A stretch of 54,797 bases of DNA, the filler included, from Sphacelaria rigidula (lineage: Eukaryota), in assembly GCA_964200075.2 (NCBI GenBank). It is 4 parts of 4 records of this genome, joined end to end, with 100 filler letters (N's around TTAATTAATTAA, not from the genome) between each part and the next. Parts side by side here need not be neighbours in the genome. Positions count along the whole stretch, not along the records: positions 41,179 to 54,797 come from CAXNAA020002763.1; 3 more parts are not named here. One strand, 5' to 3'. Position numbers and translations under genes: made by a program. Shown here one piece after another: positions 48,988-54,797 of this stretch. Within the stretch, counting starts at the first letter, position 1. Each line of letters begins with the position of its first letter. Under the pieces are notes generated by a model. It made no database searches, was not told the DNA's origin, and was given only the letters and a program-made list of their open reading frames with translations.

Positions 48988-51900
48988 CTGCCGGGGGGCC
49001 ACACAAGAAACAGACACAAGGTACACTCAGGCACATACGGGCAAGACATGTAGAACCGACATGCGCCTTGTTATCTGCAAATACAGAAACATACCAAGCA
49101 CTATTCGCAGTGACGGAGAACAACGGGGGCCAGATGGTAATTGTGTCAACATAGACACAGTCTTGCCCGTACACGACATGCTTGCCCATGTGTTGAGTCT
49201 TGTACCCTCGCTGTATACATACGTGCGCTACACTCCTATAGTACATCTTTGGACGCCTGGGTTCGCGTCAGTAAGTTGTATCTGTGTCCATGTCGGACGC
49301 ATTCCGACTATTTTCTCCCGCTCGACCGGAATAGGTACGGGCTGGGGTACGGTTTTGACGCCCAATTCACTCATCAGCAAATGCAGTTCGCAATACCGAC
49401 CCAACAGTCGAGGTGGCATGGATAACTGAAGAGGGTGACATAGCCGGATTTTCTGTTCAAGACCAGAGAGCAGTGTCTTCAAGGGCAAAAAGGGAACCTC
49501 GACGAATCAGCGGCCTTCAAATTATTCTGAAATTGAAAATACCCATTCCCAAAGCCAGTTTCTACCCCATCTCCACATGCTTCAAATCGTAGTAACTGGC
49601 ATCAGCTGGGAAATGAGACAGAAACAAGATGAAAACACTTTCAAAGAGAGCGATTTTTACCCCAAACCGTGGTATTTCGGTGATGTGGGGATTTGGCATC
49701 GTCGGATTTCCATCAAAGACGCAGAAAAGCTCCTGACGATTTCCCTCATTTATGCCGTAGAAAAGCTCCAACCGCCCTAAAACTTGGCAGTTCGGTAGGT
49801 AACAGTGTTTCAAATGAGAAAAACCATGTCGAAAAACATTTTTAACGTCTCTCCGCTGTTTACCGACTTCCGGGGTATTCACGCGGGGACCCTCAGAAGA
49901 GTGAGGACCAACGCCTGGATGGGTAGGGTGACTCGTGTACAGAGTCGAGTTGAGGAACATTGCAAGGAGGTTTGCTCGGTGAGGACGATCTCCTGATTGA
50001 GGATGATGGATCATTCAAGTCCTAGACTACTTGGGTCGGGGGGCACCCCCACCTTGGTGCCTACCCGTACACCGGACTGCCTTAGTGACAGTTATGGTTT
50101 GAGGGCTGAATTCGAGGCGGCGGCGGGGAGGAGCGCACTCAAAAGCGCTGTACGGAACTAGAAAGAGCGAAAGTGCACGGTGAAGGTTCCTACATGTCTT
50201 CTGGGGGCGCAAAAAAAAACAAAAAACTCATAAAACGGTATAGACTGCCTCAAATAAGAAACAAATACGTAAGCATCCTGGGATGGTCCAAGGAACATTT
50301 GAAGAAGTGTTTCGTCGTGTAACTCGAAAAACTAATCCAAAGGGAATTGTTGAGCACTACACTTACCTGAGAAGTCGTCTAGATACTAAGCTCAAGTAGT
50401 TAGGTGTTTGTAACTTATTTCGTTCGAAGTCCACTTCATCGCACAACGGCGCGAATGCTCACCCTCGATTCTTGGAATGAAGACCATTTCGTAAGGTTGG
50501 TATTTTCCAGCCGTATTTGGAAGAACAGATAGCAAGAATGAAAACGTGTACAAATTTCCATCAGAAATATTGAGCCTTTCTTACGGTTCCACATATTTTT
50601 TCGGGGGGGGGTTGAGCAGGGTGGGGTACGCAAAGCACGGTCTGCGGGATAGGGTTGTGCACGCCAGGAGCCTGTTCGCAGAACAGCCGAAAATATCACC
50701 AATGCAACCATGTGTCGCTTTAAGCTTCCTACGGAAAATTCTAAGCTAAGAAAAAGGCTCGAAAGGGGCGGAGTGACCATTCTGAGGCCTTGTCTTGTCG
50801 AGTCCAGAAAACAAAGTGCGGAAGGGAACAAGCGTCCAAAGCAGCACGTTGATTGATCGCTGAGCGGGTCCACGGTTGCGGAGACTCATGAACATGCTGC
50901 TTTTGAACTCTTGTTCTCTTTCATGCTTTTTTTTGTATTGATCTCGATAAGACTCGGCGGGACCAATCACGGCTATCAAAACGATCACTTTGTTCCCCTA
51001 CAGGTGGCCGAAAGATGGACTACTTCGCTGGCTAGTCGTATTCCTCAGTCTGGTCACGACAATCCAACTGTGCGAAACACGCACACACACGCCCAGACAC
51101 ACTGCATGCAAACAGTGGAGAGAGACAGACTGTCCAGTGTTGTTCCTTTTCCATATTATGGAGGCAGTTGTGTAGGAGAATATGTACCTTCCACTAGATA
51201 CTGTCATATTCCGCAGTTTCAATTGTTTCAGAGCAAGAGTGGAGATCACCACAAGAGGGGTGGGCACTTCCAGCATGAAGAGCTCGATTCACGGGCGGTG
51301 TGCGGAAGTGGAAAAAGCACGATCACGCACGAGACCCGTCACAGCACACATTGCAAGTGAATGCAACTGAAAACAGGTCGCGCCCCGGTGGTACACGGCG
51401 AACTTGTGCAGGGTTCTCTACATGCCGGCCCCACCCCGCGCGCACGGGTTTCAAATCACACTTGAATACAGTACATACGTATTATACTGCTTGCTGTCTG
51501 TGTACATGGTGTACCACCTCTCGCTCCGCCACATCTTGTACAGCGGTCAGTGTTGCAGCTAAGCGTGCAGTTGCCTTAGGTGGCGCACGCAGGAGTAAAA
51601 GGCCGCCTCTGCCGCTATAATGCCTGCCTGCATCTTGAGCGGAGCTGTATGGTACCACAGCCGCAATGACGCGCAAGCCGGCTGTAACAACTCGTACCGC
51701 GTGGAGATTTCTACATTGTCTTGAAGTGATACTGCGCGCAGTTCCTGCTACGAGCGCCCCAGTAGGCAATAGCTTCCATTTTGTGCACAGTACATTATTT
51801 GAAATTGTATACTGACTGTAGAAAGCTCTTTGCCAGGGCGTAATACATTTCCACATATATTAGGCGGTGAGGTCGTGAAATAATCCACAGCACATGGCCG

Positions 51901-52610
51901 AAGTGGAAGTGAGGCAATCACCGGAATATTCGCGTGCAAAACCTGTGCGGCCGTACTCTGAGTTGATAACGCCAGAGGAACACCGGTGCGATGACCATCC
52001 CGGCTGCCGGCCTGTTTGCACGGCCGTCCCGGTAGTGGTGGGATCGTCTGCACCGGGATGTCGCCCCCAGTGCCAGGTACGCCGGCAAGGCTCCGTGGCA
52101 GTACCCACTGGTCGCGCGGCAAGAGCTCAACCTTCGACTGTCGAGGATTTTTGAAGCGGGAACGTTCAGCTCCCAACCCTCACATATATAGCGGACCATA
52201 AACGATGCTTGTTTGCTGGGTTTCTTCGGGCGTTCATCCTGAAGTGGGCGAAGATTGATGACGAGGCCGGCAGGATCCATCGCCTCCTGCGTGCTCAACT
52301 GTCACTGTACCGACTATAATCGCCATCAGACAGCGGAGTGTGAAGAATAAAACCCCACGCACCGTGCGTATCCACCGTATTATTGCAGACCGGGCCATCG
52401 GCGACTTCCCCTTCTGCAGCTGTAACTGTGACACCTTCCTCTCATACCAACCTACAAATTCTCCGAGTTTCGGCATCATCTGACGCGAGGTGCGGATTGT
52501 CTTCACGCCTAAGCTGCCAAAACACCGCCTCCATACTATGGAAAAGGAAGAGCACTGCTGTCTGTTCTGTACACAAGAGACCCAGTATCGCTTCACAAAC
52601 TTCACTCTTT

Positions 52611-52896
52611 TTTTTCGATCGAAAGCTTGGAAATTCACCTGGACCTAACTCGACAAAAATGAGCGATTTTCGCTCATATCGATCCCACCGCCCCTTCTTT
52701 CGATCGAAAAAAAATCTGCGAAGAAAAATCTGCGAAGACACGCCCTTATTAGCGAATGACTTTTCGATCGAAAAAGTGTTGTGGGAAACGAAGATTCCGA
52801 TCTGATAGCTCGTGATGTCAACATGAATGACGATAGTTGAAATCAACACCTCTCAGATCGGCCTTTTCTTCTTCCACCGCGCATTTTCGATCGAAA
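52611..52896. repeat. Cluster of TTTCGATCGAAA palindromes, probably a DNA-transposon subterminal region
   Basis: Copies at about 52612, 52698, 52761 and 52884; the same motif occurs at 27665 and 28274 in another contig. Confidence 0.6.
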
Positions 52897-54473
52897 GTAA
52901 TGTGCTAAGACACGTCCTAACGTGAAAACTCGGCGTAAGCATGTGCAAATGAGTAAAGTCTGGGAAATATGGCCGTGAACCAGCCTGCATATCGCTAGAC
53001 ATTCTGGACGGAAAGAAGTGACGAAAATGTTGGGGCAATCGCCTACAAGAGGTATGCCTTCTCGAGTTTTGCCCACCACAGGTGCGAAAACTGATCAGAG
53101 ATGCGAGAACAGCAAAACACACGATCTAGATCGGTTTCGTTCCAAACTTTTCACGCACATCAATCGGAGTGCTATTTGGCACCAGGGCCTCGCGACATAT
53201 CGCCGTGCGCAAAAGGACGTCTCGCCTCAGAAAACCGCTTCCCCTTTCTAGGCCGAATATCCACCAAGTATAGCTGATCCAAGGATTCTTTTCAAATCGT
53301 ACCTTATCTGGGCGACCAGCCGGCCGAGAAAGTACCTGTCTTGGGCCATCGCTTGCTACACTGTACCTGATACGGCACACTGCGCGAAAGGGACTCCACG
53401 CGTCACCTCCAACCATGGCGCCCACACATTGGGCTCTTTTTCCGCTCATTGGCCGTTCACAGACGCCACAACGACCACGCCCCTTTCTCTCCGCAAATGG
53501 TTCCGAGTCTCTCCGCATCGACACAAGAACTGGACTCACAACTCATAGCGCGTCGGCCTTTTGTGCTCTCGGGGGGTCATGTAGCACCGTGCAGTTGCGA
53601 TATCGGGGCTGGTGTCAGGGTCAAACTACGCTCTTCCGTTACCAACGGACGGTCATCACATCATCGATGGTTGGTCCAAGGAACGGATAAGAACCGTCAC
53701 GCATATACTCGTATATAAGTAGGGACGAAGGTACAGCAATAGTGTTCAGCCCCTTAGATTAACATGCGCCCAACAGACACACCCAGGGAACATACCCATC
53801 ACATCTATCTGGACCGCGCGTAGCGATCACCAACGACGAGCGAGAAGTTAGGATGGTGTCCTCAGCTTCATGTCGTCTGGATGCTGTTATTGGCACCGGT
53901 GCAGGCGCGATATGCGAATGACTAAAAGCTGCAAGGAAAGGAATGCAGGACTACTACAATGTAGTAGTACCCCTTGTAGTAGTACCTCTTGTATTATTTT
54001 TCAACTAACTGCTGACTCCAACGTACCCCTCCCCCCGAGGTGGTTTGTGTTGTTATGTGATGCTTTTCCTGTTATGTCTAGTATATTCGTACGCATAGCT
54101 GTCCCTCTAGAGGTACAAGGTTAGAACCCTGCGACTCGTATCGCTTCGGCTGGTGATTGCGGCTCTCGAGTTCGGATATCTTCCTGTTTGGCCTCGCGTG
54201 TTGAGTGGGCCAATGGGCCCTGCCTCCAGTAGCCCGAATGGTCGCAGTAGTCCTTTTCATTTCCTCCTTTTTCTTCTTGTTTGAGTATTTTTATTTCATT
54301 TTATTTTTACTTGTTTTGTATCGCATTGTTGTGAAATGTTTCTGGGTTTGATTTATTTTATGATTTTTCTTCTACCCTGGCTTGGGGTTGTTAGCCTGTG
54401 ACCACGGAAGGCGTCCGCATCGAATGCCCAGTACAGAATACTGCACAGACATCGGAACTGTTTTCAATGTCAA

Positions 54474-54484
54474 GACAACAACAA

Positions 54485-54522
<38 letters not shown>
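54474..54522. repeat. (AAC)n microsatellite
   Basis: Seen directly. Confidence 0.95.
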
Positions 54523-54797
54523 GCGAAAATAGTAGTGAAGAGATTAGGGAAAAAGATGGGTGTCGTGAGGTTCGGGTCATTTTCGCCGTTTGATGTACCA
54601 CCACGGACGATCCACACGGGCCCGGTGTGGTGTGCGTGTGTTCAGCGACTATCGAGGGCGGAGGCTCTAGCTATCCGTCTATATCAGTTGGGCGCATGTT
54701 AATCTAAGGGGCTGAACGCTATTGCTGTACCTTCGTCCTGTAGCCAAAATACACCAAGGCGTAGTAAATGTAGCATGTAGGATCCTGGATGATGACC

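Noticed and set aside
51190-51278. Candidate first exon of the dioxygenase (MLEVPTPLVVISTLALKQ...)
   Set aside because: Phase-compatible, but has no similarity to alpha-DOX N-termini; unsupported.
51748-52300. GC-rich coding-like ORFs
   Set aside because: No identifiable motifs; possibly a TE fragment, but cannot be assigned.
54120-54370. Possible retroposon 3' UTR followed by a T-rich tract
   Set aside because: No second copy in the window to confirm it.

Overview
Eukaryotic, intron-rich, repeat-rich DNA, most likely from a brown alga (Ectocarpus-like stramenopile; inferred from gene architecture, a flagellar gene and repeat style, not proven). The window is not one locus. It is four contigs (1-13629, 13730-27356, 27457-41078, 41179-54797; lengths 13629, 13627, 13622, 13619) joined by artificial 100-bp N44-TTAATTAATTAA-N44 linkers. 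Contig 1 holds a decayed Ty3/Gypsy LTR retrotransposon (minus strand) whose integrase ends in a chromodomain-like segment followed by a Tudor-like domain, two Ginger-like MITEs carrying telomere-like repeats with 4-bp TSDs, hairpins and tandem repeats. Contig 2 holds an apparently complete 12-exon KAP-family P-loop NTPase gene (about 639 aa, two TM helices, NKPD1/Kidins220-like, variant Walker B DNLDRC) with a large intronic inverted repeat, plus LINE remnants. Contig 3 holds the 5' exons of the flagellar gene CFAP46. Contig 4 holds internal exons of an alpha-dioxygenase-like heme peroxidase. Most ORFs in the supplied track are spurious; the real genes were rebuilt by hand from GT-AG phase-consistent exons.
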